Part shown: positions 9,019-18,902 of the stretch, piece by piece | How positions within the stretch are numbered: the first letter of the stretch is position 1 | Layout of the letters: every line of letters starts with the position of its first letter | NCBI GenBank assembly: GCA_905199855.1 | Contig: CAJKHY010000003.1 | Span: forward strand, 6,823 to 70,822 | Reading direction: 5' to 3' | DNA length: 64,000 nucleotides | DNA from: an uncultured Clostridium sp. | GTDB taxonomy: Bacteria; Bacillota_I; Bacilli_A; RF39; UBA660 | Position numbers and translations under genes: made by a program | Notes under the pieces: generated by a model | Databases searched by the model: none | What the model saw: the letters and a program-made list of their open reading frames with translations, nothing else | Told to the model about the DNA's origin: nothing

Positions 9019-10989
9019 GTGATTAAAATGTTTAAGAAAATTTTTAAATATATTAAATTTTCTGTTATTTTGGTTGTTTTTGGGATAATTGCTTTTTTTA
9101 GTTTATATATTTATGCTTTGGTTACACCTAAACCTGACATTAATAAGGCTAGAAGTTATTATTTATATGATAAGGATAGTAATCTTGTTTTTAATAATAA
9201 TGATGAATGGATAAGTTTAGATAATATTAGTGACTATTTAATTGATGCGACAATTTATACTGAGGATAAGAAGTTTTATAAGCATAGTGGTTTTGATTTT
9301 TTGAGAATTATTAAGGCTGTTTATGTTAATTTGTTATCTGGTAGTAAGAAGGAAGGTGCATCTACGATTACCCAGCAATATGCTAGGAATTTGTTTTTGA
9401 ATTTTGATAAGACTTGGAAAAGAAAATTTGATGAGGCTAAGCTTGCTTTGGAATTGGAATGCCACTACAAAAAGGAGGAGATTTTGGAAGGGTATTTGAA
9501 TACTATTAATTATGGTGGAGTTTTTGGAATTGAGAATGCTTCTAAGTACTATTTTGGTAAAAGTGCTAGTGAACTTAATTTAGCGGAGGCTTCGATGTTA
9601 GCAGGTATTCCTAAATCTCCTAGTACTTATTCTCCTTTGATAAATCCTTTGAAAGCTAAGAAGAGGCAAGGTTTAATTCTTTCGATTTTACTTAAAAATA
9701 AGGTTATTAGTGAGAATGATTATAATGCGGCTTTAAATTATGAACTCGTTTTTAAGAGTTTTGAGGATGAAGATGGTTTAAATGCTGTGATGTATTATCA
9801 GGATGCGGTTATTAATGAACTTAAGAAGATAGAGTCAATTCCTAATTCTTTACTTGAAACTGGTGGTTTAAAGATTTATACTACTTTGGATAAGGATGCT
9901 CAAAAATACTTGGAGAATGCTACAAATAAGTATATTAATAAGGATAGTGAGTTGCAATCTTCTTCTATTATGATGGATCCTAATACGGGTGAAGTTTTGG
10001 CTTTAATGGGTGGAGTTGATTATAATAAGAGTCAATTTAATCGCGCTACGTCGGCAGTTAGGCAAGTAGGTTCTACGATGAAACCATTTTTATATTATGC
10101 GGCTTTGGAGAACGGTTTTACTGCTTCTAGTGCTTTTATAAGTGAAAGAACGACTTTTACTTTTTCAGGTAACAAGACTTATTCACCAAAAAATTATAAT
10201 GATAGATATCCTAATAAGCAAATATCTTTAGGTGCTGCGATTTCTTATTCCGACAATGTTTATGCTGTTAAAACACATTTGTTTTTGGGGGAAGATGTGC
10301 TTGTGGATATGGCTAAAAGGGTTGGAATAAGTGGTAATTTAGAAGCTATTCCTTCTTTGGCTCTTGGTAGTGAAGAGATTAGTATGATAGATATGGTTGG
10401 TGGATATGCTTGTTTTGCTAATGAGGGTTACAAGGTTAAGCCACATTTTATTAGGAAGGTGTTGGATAGTAAGGGTAATGTTATTTATGAGTATAATAAT
10501 GTTAAAGAGGGTGTTCTTAATAGGAGTATTGTATTTATTTTAAATGAGTTAATGACTTCAACTTATGATACGGCTTTTATTGATTATAATTATCCTACAA
10601 TTATTAGTTTACTTCCTGATATGACCCACAAATACGCGGTTAAAACGGGGACAACGGATACTGATGTGTGGATAATTGGTTATAATAAGAATGTTGTTTT
10701 GGGGGTATGGAATGGTTTTGATGATAATCGAGTAATGTCTAAAGAAGATTCTGGTAAGCATAAGAAGATATGGGTTGAGGCAATAGAAAATTATTTAAAA
10801 GATACGGATAAAAATACGGAATGGTATGATATTCCTAGTAATGTTGTGGGAGTTTTAGTTAATCCAATTACTGGTGAGCCTGTAAATGAGGCTAGTAAGA
10901 ATAGTAAGATATTTTATTTTATTAAAGGAACTGAACCATATTACAATAATGTTGATTTAGATACGGTTTTCAAACAGGAAAATAATTAG
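9019..10989 (+). CDS. bifunctional class A penicillin-binding protein (glycosyltransferase GT51 + transpeptidase)
   Basis: N-terminal TM anchor; GT51 motifs EDKKFYKHSGFD and GASTITQQYARNLFL; transpeptidase SxxK-type region (QVGSTMKP). Alternative ATG at 9028 with a better RBS. Confidence 0.8.
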   Translation: MIKMFKKIFKYIKFSVILVVFGIIAFFSLYIYALVTPKPDINKARSYYLYDKDSNLVFNNNDEWISLDNISDYLIDATIYTEDKKFYKHSGFDFLRIIKAVYVNLLSGSKKEGASTITQQYARNLFLNFDKTWKRKFDEAKLALELECHYKKEEILEGYLNTINYGGVFGIENASKYYFGKSASELNLAEASMLAGIPKSPSTYSPLINPLKAKKRQGLILSILLKNKVISENDYNAALNYELVFKSFEDEDGLNAVMYYQDAVINELKKIESIPNSLLETGGLKIYTTLDKDAQKYLENATNKYINKDSELQSSSIMMDPNTGEVLALMGGVDYNKSQFNRATSAVRQVGSTMKPFLYYAALENGFTASSAFISERTTFTFSGNKTYSPKNYNDRYPNKQISLGAAISYSDNVYAVKTHLFLGEDVLVDMAKRVGISGNLEAIPSLALGSEEISMIDMVGGYACFANEGYKVKPHFIRKVLDSKGNVIYEYNNVKEGVLNRSIVFILNELMTSTYDTAFIDYNYPTIISLLPDMTHKYAVKTGTTDTDVWIIGYNKNVVLGVWNGFDDNRVMSKEDSGKHKKIWVEAIENYLKDTDKNTEWYDIPSNVVGVLVNPITGEPVNEASKNSKIFYFIKGTEPYYNNVDLDTVFKQENN

Positions 10990-11019
10990 GAGAATTAGTT
11001 GACTTATTCATTATTTCTG

Positions 11020-11313
11020 TTATCATTTTTTTGTTGATGGTATTAATGATTATACTGATATTTTACTTGGAGTTAGAGATGATGCGAAGAATAGGTCAAG
11101 GTACAAAAGCACTTATTATAAAGGGGATATCCGCCTAGTAATGAAGGAGTTTGTACTGATTTAGTCTTGAGTGCGTTAGATGAGGCTGGTTATAAGTTGA
11201 AGGATTTTGTGGATGAGGATATTAAGAATAATGTTAGTGCATATCCTAGGATTAATGGAAACCCTGATTCTAATATTGATTTTAGAAAGTTGCCTGAGAT
11301 TTTTTTATTAGAT
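11020..11313 (+). pseudogene. degenerate coding remnant, possibly DUF1287-like; frameshifted and lacking a start
   Basis: Two adjacent frames read ...GINDYTDILLGVRDDAKNRSRYKSTYYKG and YPPSNEGVCTDLVLSALDEAGYKLKDFVDEDIKNNVSAYPRINGNPDSNIDFRKLPEIF*. No start codon; a 1-nt shift separates them. Confidence 0.35.
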
Positions 11314-11321
11314 TAAACAAA

Positions 11322-11357
11322 AACTGAATGAAGTTAAAATTCATTCAGTTATTTTAT
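11322..11357. terminator. bidirectional rho-independent terminator between the PBP/remnant region and parB
   Basis: AACTGAATGAA-gttaaaa-TTCATTCAGTT: 11-bp perfect stem, flanked by T-runs on both strands. Confidence 0.7.
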
Positions 11358-11360
11358 TAG

Positions 11361-13238
11361 TTATTTTTTTTGAATTTTTATTATAAATTGATATTCGTTA
11401 GGTAAATCTAATTCGTCTACATCAACAATGTAACCTGATGCTTCTAAGTTATCTATTAGTTGTCTACTCATATTTAAGGCATTCCTTAAATAGTATGGAG
11501 AATATTCTTGTTTTGCTTGTGGTTGTTCTTCAAACGAAGGTGCCCCCTCTGTATTAAATTCTGGCAAGAATGGTTCTTCAATTTTTGATGGTTGAATGTT
11601 TGGTTGTGTTTCAACTGGAGAGGATACAAAAGTTGGATTATTGTTTTGTAGCGAAGGTTGAGTTGATGCTGTGATGCTTTCTTGAGTTGCAACTGGTTGA
11701 ATATTATTTACTGTTTCTTCTTGGGGTACGAACTGAGGTGTTATATTGTTTGAAATATTCTCTGGAGTTTGTTCAATTTTTTGGTTAGGTTCTAAATTAA
11801 TGTTTGAAATTGTTGGTTCTATTTTTGGTGTTTGAACACTTGGAATGTCATTTGTAGTTGGAGTTTGAATTGTATTTAAGTTAGGTAATGGCATCGTATT
11901 TTCAATAGATGATGTAGGCATTGGGGTAATATTTGATGCCATGGTTTCTGGAGTTGGCATTTCCCAAGTATTTATTGGATTATTTAAGTTTAGTTCTTGG
12001 TAAGATTCTGTAGGAGTTGCAATATTAACTTCTGGATGTGGTGTTTCTTTAGCCCCTTGTATATTTATTTGTTCAGGTTGATTTTGAAAATTATTTGGTA
12101 CTGCAGGTTGTGGTGTTGGTTCTACTAGAGTTGAATTTAATTCCGGCATATTAAATATAGGGGTAGGATTTATAGTTTGTGATGTTACTTCAGGGGTTTG
12201 TTCATTATTTACAGTATCAGGCATGTTTATTCTTTCTATATTAATTGGTTGTGGAGTTTGTGGTTGCATAGGTAAAGGCATTTCGACATTTTTTGCAGGT
12301 TCCATAAAGTTAGAGCCTGTGTTCATGTTTGTGCTTTCATCTTCTAGTGATGTGAAAAATTTGCCTGCGAATGAAAATTTTGGTTTTTCAACAGGTTGTT
12401 CTTGTTTTGGCATACTTTCATCTACTTTTAATAAATTGTTGATATCTGCAGTTTGCTCTTGATGATTTATATCTTGGGCTGATGCTTTAATTGCATCAAT
12501 GTTAATCATTTGTGTTTTATCCATTTTATCCTCCACTATTTCTGGTTCAACATCATCGAACGTATTTGATTTTTTATTTACTATATCAAGTCCTGATAGA
12601 ACTTTTTGCATATTAGGATTAATATCCATTTCCTCTACTTGTTCTTTGTTTTCTTTAATTATATCTTGGACTTGTTTAACTGTTAATCTTTCTTTTTTGA
12701 TTCTTTCTAGCATTGCATTTTCTTCCTGTTCATTTTCTAATTGAAGTAATGCTTTAGCATGTCCTTCGCTAATTTCATTATTTTGTAAAGCTTCTTGGAC
12801 ATTTTTACTTAATTTTAATAGTTTCATTTTGTTATTTATTTCTTTTTCTTCTTTAGACATTAAATTGGCTATTTCTTTAGTGTTACTATTTCCCGCTAGA
12901 TTTTGATAAGCTTTGGCTTCTTCAATTGGAGTAAGACTTTGTCTTTGAAGATTTTCAACGATGGCTAGTTCGGCACTTGCTTGGTCATTTATTTCCATAA
13001 TAATAGCTGGTACTTGGGTTAAACCTACTAAAGAGGCGGCTTTTAATCTTCGTTCACCTGCGATTACTTCATAACCATTAGGTATTTTTCTTAGAATAAG
13101 GGGTTCTATTATCCCATATTTTTTTATAGAGTTTGCCAATTCTTGTAGTGCTTTCTCATCAAATTTAATACGTGGTTGAAAACGGTTAGGTTTTATTTCA
13201 GTAATGTTTATTTGTTTTATTTCATTACTTTGTTGCAT
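11361..13238 (-). CDS. parB: ParB/Spo0J-family partition protein with a long low-complexity insertion
   Basis: ParB N-terminal domain with the IAGERRLKA motif and HTH. Then ~350 aa rich in P/T/N/Q, then a short C-terminal domain. Start set at MQQSNEIK with AAGGAGGG RBS; the ORF track extends to 13313. Confidence 0.75.
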   Translation of the reverse strand: MQQSNEIKQINITEIKPNRFQPRIKFDEKALQELANSIKKYGIIEPLILRKIPNGYEVIAGERRLKAASLVGLTQVPAIIMEINDQASAELAIVENLQRQSLTPIEEAKAYQNLAGNSNTKEIANLMSKEEKEINNKMKLLKLSKNVQEALQNNEISEGHAKALLQLENEQEENAMLERIKKERLTVKQVQDIIKENKEQVEEMDINPNMQKVLSGLDIVNKKSNTFDDVEPEIVEDKMDKTQMINIDAIKASAQDINHQEQTADINNLLKVDESMPKQEQPVEKPKFSFAGKFFTSLEDESTNMNTGSNFMEPAKNVEMPLPMQPQTPQPINIERINMPDTVNNEQTPEVTSQTINPTPIFNMPELNSTLVEPTPQPAVPNNFQNQPEQINIQGAKETPHPEVNIATPTESYQELNLNNPINTWEMPTPETMASNITPMPTSSIENTMPLPNLNTIQTPTTNDIPSVQTPKIEPTISNINLEPNQKIEQTPENISNNITPQFVPQEETVNNIQPVATQESITASTQPSLQNNNPTFVSSPVETQPNIQPSKIEEPFLPEFNTEGAPSFEEQPQAKQEYSPYYLRNALNMSRQLIDNLEASGYIVDVDELDLPNEYQFIIKIQKK

Positions 13239-13371
13239 AAAAAATCCCTCCTTATTCTTTTTTCTTACCCTTATGATATAATAATACACTAAGAAAAGGA
13301 AAAATTCAATCATTTTTTGTCGAAATAATATAAAAAAAATTAGAATTTTATGTTAATCTAACTTTTTTTAT

Positions 13372-14073
13372 TTATAGTGGATTTTTTTTTATTTGACTAT
13401 AGTTTCTAGGATATATATTTTTAGTTGGTTCTAATTTAATTATGTCTAAGAGGGTTCTCTCACTTTCTTCAATAGGTAGTTTAAATTTTTCTATTTTTAT
13501 TATTTTTGATTTCAATTTACTTAATGATGTTTCTATATTATTCAATTCTTTATCAATATTAGATTTCATAGGAATGAAGTGGCCATTTACTTTTAGTAAG
13601 GGAATAGAGTATTCTATAAGTTCTTTTAAATTGGCTACTGCTCTTGATGTTACTATATCATAGGTTTCTCTCACTTTTTTACCATAATCTTCAGCTCTTT
13701 CATTTATAATGGTAATATCTTTTAATTCTAAGGTGTCAATTACTAGTTTTAAGAAGTTACATCTTTTGTTTAGTGGTTCTATTAAAGTTACTTTTAAATT
13801 AGGGAATACTATCTTTAAAACAATTCCTGGGAATCCTGCACCTGTTCCTATATCACATAAGGTTTGATTGTCTAATTTTATTATTTTATTTAAGGTTAAT
13901 GAATCATAGAAATGTTTTAGGTATACTAGATTGTATTCGGTAATACCAGTTAAATTAATTTTTTGATTTTCTGTAATAAGAAGGTTATAGTACATATCTA
14001 ATTGGTTTATTTGGTTTTCTTTTATGTTTATGTCTATTTTTTTTAAGTAATTAATAAATTGTTCTTTATTCAT
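13372..14073 (-). CDS. rsmG: 16S rRNA (guanine527-N7)-methyltransferase RsmG/GidB
   Basis: DIGTGAGFPGI SAM motif; overlaps mnmG. Confidence 0.85.
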   Translation of the reverse strand: MNKEQFINYLKKIDINIKENQINQLDMYYNLLITENQKINLTGITEYNLVYLKHFYDSLTLNKIIKLDNQTLCDIGTGAGFPGIVLKIVFPNLKVTLIEPLNKRCNFLKLVIDTLELKDITIINERAEDYGKKVRETYDIVTSRAVANLKELIEYSIPLLKVNGHFIPMKSNIDKELNNIETSLSKLKSKIIKIEKFKLPIEESERTLLDIIKLEPTKNIYPRNYSQIKKNPL

Positions 14074-15889
14074 TATATTTTTTCTTTAAATAAACCATTA
14101 GAATAGATATGTCAGCAGGGTTTACGCCACTTATTCTTAGTGCCATGCCTATTGAAGTTGGGGCATATTTGATTAGTTTTTGTCTTGCTTCCGTGGCTAA
14201 ATTAGGTACTTTGTTGTAGTCTATGTCTGAGGGTATTTGTTTTTCTTCGTATTTAAGCATTTTTTCGGCTTCTTTCTCTGTTTTTCTTATATAACCTTCA
14301 TATTTTATTTGTATTTCTACTTGTTCTATAACATATTTATCATAATTTAGTTTGATATTATATTTATCTATCAAGTTATTTATATTTATCTCAGGATTTT
14401 TAAGGGCATTATAAATGGTATCACTTTTGTTTTCTAGTTTTATTTTAGTTTCTTTAAAGTAGTTTAGGAGTTTTTGAATATTCTGTTTTTTTTCTTTGAA
14501 TTTTTGATATGTTTCTTCATCAATTAGTCCTACTTGGTAACCATATTCTCTTAGTCTTAAGTCAGCATTGTCATGTCTTAATAGGAGGCGATATTCGGCA
14601 CGTGATGTTAGTAGGCGATATGGCTCGTTTGTTCCTTTGGTAATTAAATCATCAATTAATACTCCTATATAGGCTTCGTTTCTTTTTAATATTAATGGTT
14701 CTTTATTTTCTAGTTTTAGACTAGCGTTGATACCTGCGATTAACCCTTGACATGCGGCCTCTTCATAGCCTGATGTGCCATTTATTTGACCAGCGGTAAA
14801 TAAATTAGTTATAACTTTGGTTTCAAGGCTTTGTTTTAGTTGGGTAGGGTAGATGGCATCATACTCTATGGCATATGCATATTTTAGTATTTTAGCATTT
14901 TCTAATCCTTCTAGGCTATGTACCATTTCTTCTTGGACAGAGGTAGGCATACTCGTAGAAAAACCTTGAATGTAGATGTCATCATAGTAAAGGCTTTCAG
15001 GTTCTAAGAATAGTTGATGTCTTTCTTTGTCTTTGAATTTTACTAATTTATCTTCTATTGATGGGCAATATCTTGGTCCTACGGCATCTTTAATATATCC
15101 TCCGTACATGGCTGATTTGTCTAAGTTAGATTGAATTATGGCATGGGTTTTTTCATTGGTATAAATAAGATGACATGGTATTTGGTTTTTGACATCGTAT
15201 TTAGGATTTCCATTTATTTCAAAGGTATATGGTTCTTGATCGCCATCTTCTACTTTAGTTTTGGTAAAGTCAATGGTTGATTTTTCGATCCTAGGAGGTG
15301 TTCCTGTTTTTAATCTTAGAATTTCAAAACCATATTTTTTTAAATTATCACTTAGATGGTTAGAAGGTTTTTCTCCATGTGGTCCTTCTCTTTTTCTGGT
15401 GCTTCCAATTAGAATATCAGCTTTTAAATAAGTCCCAGTTGTTAAAATAACAATAGTTGATGTTATTTTTGTTTTATCTTCTAAGATTACTCCTTTTACT
15501 TGTTTGTTTTCTATGATTAAGTCTTCAACGATTGCTTCTTTGATGGTTATGTTTTGGGTATTATTTAGTGTTTTTAGCATTTCTTTAGGATATATTATTT
15601 TATCTATTTGAGATCTTAGGCTTCTAACCGCTGGACCTTTGGATGAATTTAACATTTTCATTTGTAATATTGCTTTGTCAGCATTTTTACCCATTTCGCC
15701 CCCTAGAGCATCGATTTCTCTTACCACGATACCTTTGGCGGAACCGCCAATTGATGGGTTACATGGCATGGTGGCTATATTATCAATTCGTCCTGTTATT
15801 AATAGGGTTTTGTGTCCTTTTCTTGCTGAAGCTAAAGCGGCTTCACAACCAGCATGTCCTCCTCCTACTACGATTATTTCATATTCCAT
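14066..15889 (-). CDS. mnmG: tRNA uridine 5-carboxymethylaminomethyl modification enzyme MnmG/GidA
   Basis: 607 aa; FAD motif IVVGGGHAGCEAALASA; full-length GidA similarity. Confidence 0.9.
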   Translation of the reverse strand: MEYEIIVVGGGHAGCEAALASARKGHKTLLITGRIDNIATMPCNPSIGGSAKGIVVREIDALGGEMGKNADKAILQMKMLNSSKGPAVRSLRSQIDKIIYPKEMLKTLNNTQNITIKEAIVEDLIIENKQVKGVILEDKTKITSTIVILTTGTYLKADILIGSTRKREGPHGEKPSNHLSDNLKKYGFEILRLKTGTPPRIEKSTIDFTKTKVEDGDQEPYTFEINGNPKYDVKNQIPCHLIYTNEKTHAIIQSNLDKSAMYGGYIKDAVGPRYCPSIEDKLVKFKDKERHQLFLEPESLYYDDIYIQGFSTSMPTSVQEEMVHSLEGLENAKILKYAYAIEYDAIYPTQLKQSLETKVITNLFTAGQINGTSGYEEAACQGLIAGINASLKLENKEPLILKRNEAYIGVLIDDLITKGTNEPYRLLTSRAEYRLLLRHDNADLRLREYGYQVGLIDEETYQKFKEKKQNIQKLLNYFKETKIKLENKSDTIYNALKNPEININNLIDKYNIKLNYDKYVIEQVEIQIKYEGYIRKTEKEAEKMLKYEEKQIPSDIDYNKVPNLATEARQKLIKYAPTSIGMALRISGVNPADISILMVYLKKKYNE

Positions 15890-15958
15890 TGGTGCACCTC
15901 CTTAAAATTTCTTATATATTATATACTATTTTAAGAAGTTTTTCAATGAAATTATATG

Positions 15959-16852
15959 CTATGTTTCTATTATTCTTTTTACTCTTTCTATTGATACTTT
16001 GTAATTACGATATTCGATGTTGGTTGTACCTATTGTTTCAAAATTAGTTATTATTTTACTATAATAAGTGTAAATTAAGACAATAGCACTTATATCTATT
16101 AGATTTTGCTTGGTTAAGGTTATAGCATAGAAGATAATACCATATCTACTTAAATCAATGATAAATAATACTAGATAAATAATACCTTGCGACATGACGT
16201 TAAATTTGTAATTACTTTCTAGGTATTTTGTCGTGGTAATATTATTTATTTCACTGATGGCGTTTATTTCTTTGTTACGTATTTGTTCTTGCATTTCTAA
16301 ATCTTGGATTATTTTTTCGTCTAAAAGTTTTTTTTTGTTTTTGTTATATTCTTGTAGTTCTTTACCAGCATATATTTGAAATACTAACATTAAAACAATT
16401 ATGATAAAGGCAAAAATAAATATTTTATAATTTACTAAATAAAATGAAATTAAAATAACAATAAATTCTACTAATTGTAGAAGTCTTGTTACAAGATTAC
16501 CTAGGAATGTACATATGATGTCGGTATCATTATAAGCGATGTTGGCAAACTTTCCCGAATTTATTTCAGTTATTTTTTTATTTTTAAATTTTTTACTTAT
16601 TGTTAAAAATAACCGGCTATAGTAGTTATACCATGTTTTTTGGTTTATGTAGCACCAAAAGTAGTATAATGAAGAGATTATAAAGCAGATTATTATTAGG
16701 TAATACGCTTTTTCATAATTAACATTTGTAATGTATTTGACGACTTTACCCCAGTAAATAGGGATGAGTAGAGAAGTTACACACATCATGATGGAAGTTA
16801 ATATTTTAAGTATTAGTGGTTTTTTATTTTGTTTAATTATTTGTTTTATCAT
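15959..16852 (-). CDS. ABC exporter transmembrane domain (ABC_membrane-like), no nucleotide-binding domain; possible gene remnant
   Basis: 297 aa with 5-6 TM helices and a type-I exporter TMD pattern (…SGKFANIAYNDTDIICTFLGNLV…AGKELQEYNKNKKKLLDEKIIQDLEMQEQ…). The ORF stops where an NBD would begin. Confidence 0.5.
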   Translation of the reverse strand: MIKQIIKQNKKPLILKILTSIMMCVTSLLIPIYWGKVVKYITNVNYEKAYYLIIICFIISSLYYFWCYINQKTWYNYYSRLFLTISKKFKNKKITEINSGKFANIAYNDTDIICTFLGNLVTRLLQLVEFIVILISFYLVNYKIFIFAFIIIVLMLVFQIYAGKELQEYNKNKKKLLDEKIIQDLEMQEQIRNKEINAISEINNITTTKYLESNYKFNVMSQGIIYLVLFIIDLSRYGIIFYAITLTKQNLIDISAIVLIYTYYSKIITNFETIGTTNIEYRNYKVSIERVKRIIET

Positions 16853-16944
16853 TTTACCTCCTTATATTATTAGTTTGGCATTTTTTGTTATTTTTATATA
16901 TATTAATTTAAATTAATGTTATAATAATTTATGAAGGTGAAGAT

Positions 16945-17820
16945 ATGAGGTTTGAAAAAGAAATAAGAATTGCAAAAGAAATTATGGAAAATTTTATTAA
17001 TAAATTAGGTCTTGATGGAAAGAATTTTTGCAGAATTATGAAATTTCCTGTGGTTATATATAATAATGTTATTTTTGATGGTGATGGAAGGTATGTGTCA
17101 ATAAATAATAAATATTTAAATAAGATAATTAATTCGTTTTCTTTTAGTGAAGAGGAAAAGACGAACATTTTAGAAAATGGACTTATTGAGATAGATAAAA
17201 AATATGAAAATAATCATAATTCTATGTTTTATGTAACTTTAGTTCATGAAATTTTACATGCTAATAGGGATTTGCTTTTATATGATTATTTTAACAATGT
17301 TGGGGGTAGTGAATTTTCTAATGAATATGCTTATGTTTATAAAGATGGGAGATTTTTTAAGAATACTAGTAATTTGTCTTTTGATTATGGAGATGCTAGT
17401 CAAAATATATTGAATGGTAATATTGATAGTTCTAAGATAGAGAATGCTCAGGATGAATTAGATATGGATGAAAAGGTAGCGGAAAAAATGGACAAACAAG
17501 TTGAGATTGATGAGGCTTTGATTGATACTATGTCTATTGTAGCAAATAAGATTTATAATGAGAAAAAAAAGGGGAATAAGTTGGGTATTTTTGAGTGTTT
17601 AGAATTACTTAGAGACTGTATAGATGTTAATAATGTTAAGGTTATTTGTGATATTATTTTAAGACATAGAGATTATGGTTTATTTTATTGGGTGTTAGAT
17701 CCTATTGGCTATACATATGGTGATATTCATTATGATTTTTTTAGTAACTATACTAAAAATGATGGTGATTTAGTTAGTTGTTTTGATTCTTATCAGGATT
17801 TTGGCAAAAGAAAAAACTAG
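16945..17820 (+). CDS. hypothetical protein with an HExxH zinc-metallopeptidase-like motif
   Basis: 291 aa; HEILHANRD motif around residue 100; no TM; extended -10 promoter TGTTATAAT upstream. Confidence 0.4.
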   Translation: MRFEKEIRIAKEIMENFINKLGLDGKNFCRIMKFPVVIYNNVIFDGDGRYVSINNKYLNKIINSFSFSEEEKTNILENGLIEIDKKYENNHNSMFYVTLVHEILHANRDLLLYDYFNNVGGSEFSNEYAYVYKDGRFFKNTSNLSFDYGDASQNILNGNIDSSKIENAQDELDMDEKVAEKMDKQVEIDEALIDTMSIVANKIYNEKKKGNKLGIFECLELLRDCIDVNNVKVICDIILRHRDYGLFYWVLDPIGYTYGDIHYDFFSNYTKNDGDLVSCFDSYQDFGKRKN

Positions 17821-17825
17821 TTTTG

Positions 17826-18902
17826 CTAGTTTTTTCTTTTTTTTAATCTTTTGTTCATGTTATGAAGGGCTACACCGTTCATGATTAAATTACCATGTTT
17901 GTATTCTTGATATTGAAGTCGGTTTGCCTCTTCGATGTCTTCTCCACCAAAGTATAGTATTTTAATACTTTCTTTTAGTTTTTTTAGTTTTTCTAGTCTT
18001 TCTGTTGGTGTACTTCTTACTTCGTCTTTTTTATAGTTATCACATTTTGATACTATAAATTTTTTCATTTCTCCATTTTCTTTTATTTCTTGGATTCCTT
18101 CAGTTATAAAGTCGTAAGAATCTATTCTTGATTTAATACGGTCTTTTATTTTAGGACAAAGTGTTGCTGTAGCATTTTGACAACTAAAGCATAGATGGTT
18201 TTGACTTTTAGTGTAAATTATGTCTATTAAATCTGCAAATATGTTTTGTGATAATTCATAAATTCCATTATTAATGTTATTCGTTTTGGTGTATGAAGCA
18301 AATATTTCATTTATTGGTGTATTTATTTTTTTATTTTCTAATTCTCTTATTGTTCTTTCTGGTAATCTTAATAATAAGTTAGTATAATATGTCATTATCA
18401 TTTCTTTTATCATGATAGATATTGTGGCTTTTTTATTATTTATTAAACTTTTTTCTATATATTTGACATTATTGTTAACTTTGTTTTTTGTTATCTTTTT
18501 TGTAGATGTGTAAAGACTTAATGGAATAAGGTGGTTCTGTTTTAAGATGTCATTTACTATTGTAGATGTGTAAAAACTTAATGGAATAAGGTAGTACTGT
18601 TTTAAGATGTCATTTACTATTTGTAATAGTTCTTCTTCTGTTTTTGCTTCATTTATTTTTTTTATGATGTTACTTGTTTCATTTAATGAACAATGGGCGT
18701 TTAATTCGTTTGTTATTGATTTTGCTTTTCTTATGATTTCACTTTTTTCCTTGCTAGGTAATTTTATGATGTCTTCTTGGCTTAAGATGTTTTCAAAACA
18801 TTTATCTTTTTTAGTAAAATATGGTATGAAATTACTTCTTTTTATTTTTTCTACCTCAGCAATTTGTCCGTTTTCTTTTTTAATTATAATACTTTTTCCC
18901 AT
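17826..18902 (-). CDS. hypothetical protein (ORF-B) with an internal 20-aa tandem duplication and a Cys-rich C-terminal half
   Basis: 358 aa from MGKSIIIKKENGQIAEV. The start is chosen because a perfect sigma-A promoter and GGGGG RBS lie immediately upstream; the track's longer ORF reaches 19037. Contains HLCFSCQNATATLCP…SKCDNY. Confidence 0.5.
   Translation of the reverse strand: MGKSIIIKKENGQIAEVEKIKRSNFIPYFTKKDKCFENILSQEDIIKLPSKEKSEIIRKAKSITNELNAHCSLNETSNIIKKINEAKTEEELLQIVNDILKQYYLIPLSFYTSTIVNDILKQNHLIPLSLYTSTKKITKNKVNNNVKYIEKSLINNKKATISIMIKEMIMTYYTNLLLRLPERTIRELENKKINTPINEIFASYTKTNNINNGIYELSQNIFADLIDIIYTKSQNHLCFSCQNATATLCPKIKDRIKSRIDSYDFITEGIQEIKENGEMKKFIVSKCDNYKKDEVRSTPTERLEKLKKLKESIKILYFGGEDIEEANRLQYQEYKHGNLIMNGVALHNMNKRLKKRKN
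18501..18620. repeat. 2 x 60-bp direct tandem repeat (~95% identity) inside ORF-B, in frame
   Basis: tgtagatgtgtaaagacttaatggaataaggtggttctgttttaagatgtcatttactat repeated; encodes IVNDILKQYYLIPLSFYTST / IVNDILKQNHLIPLSLYTST. Confidence 0.9.
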
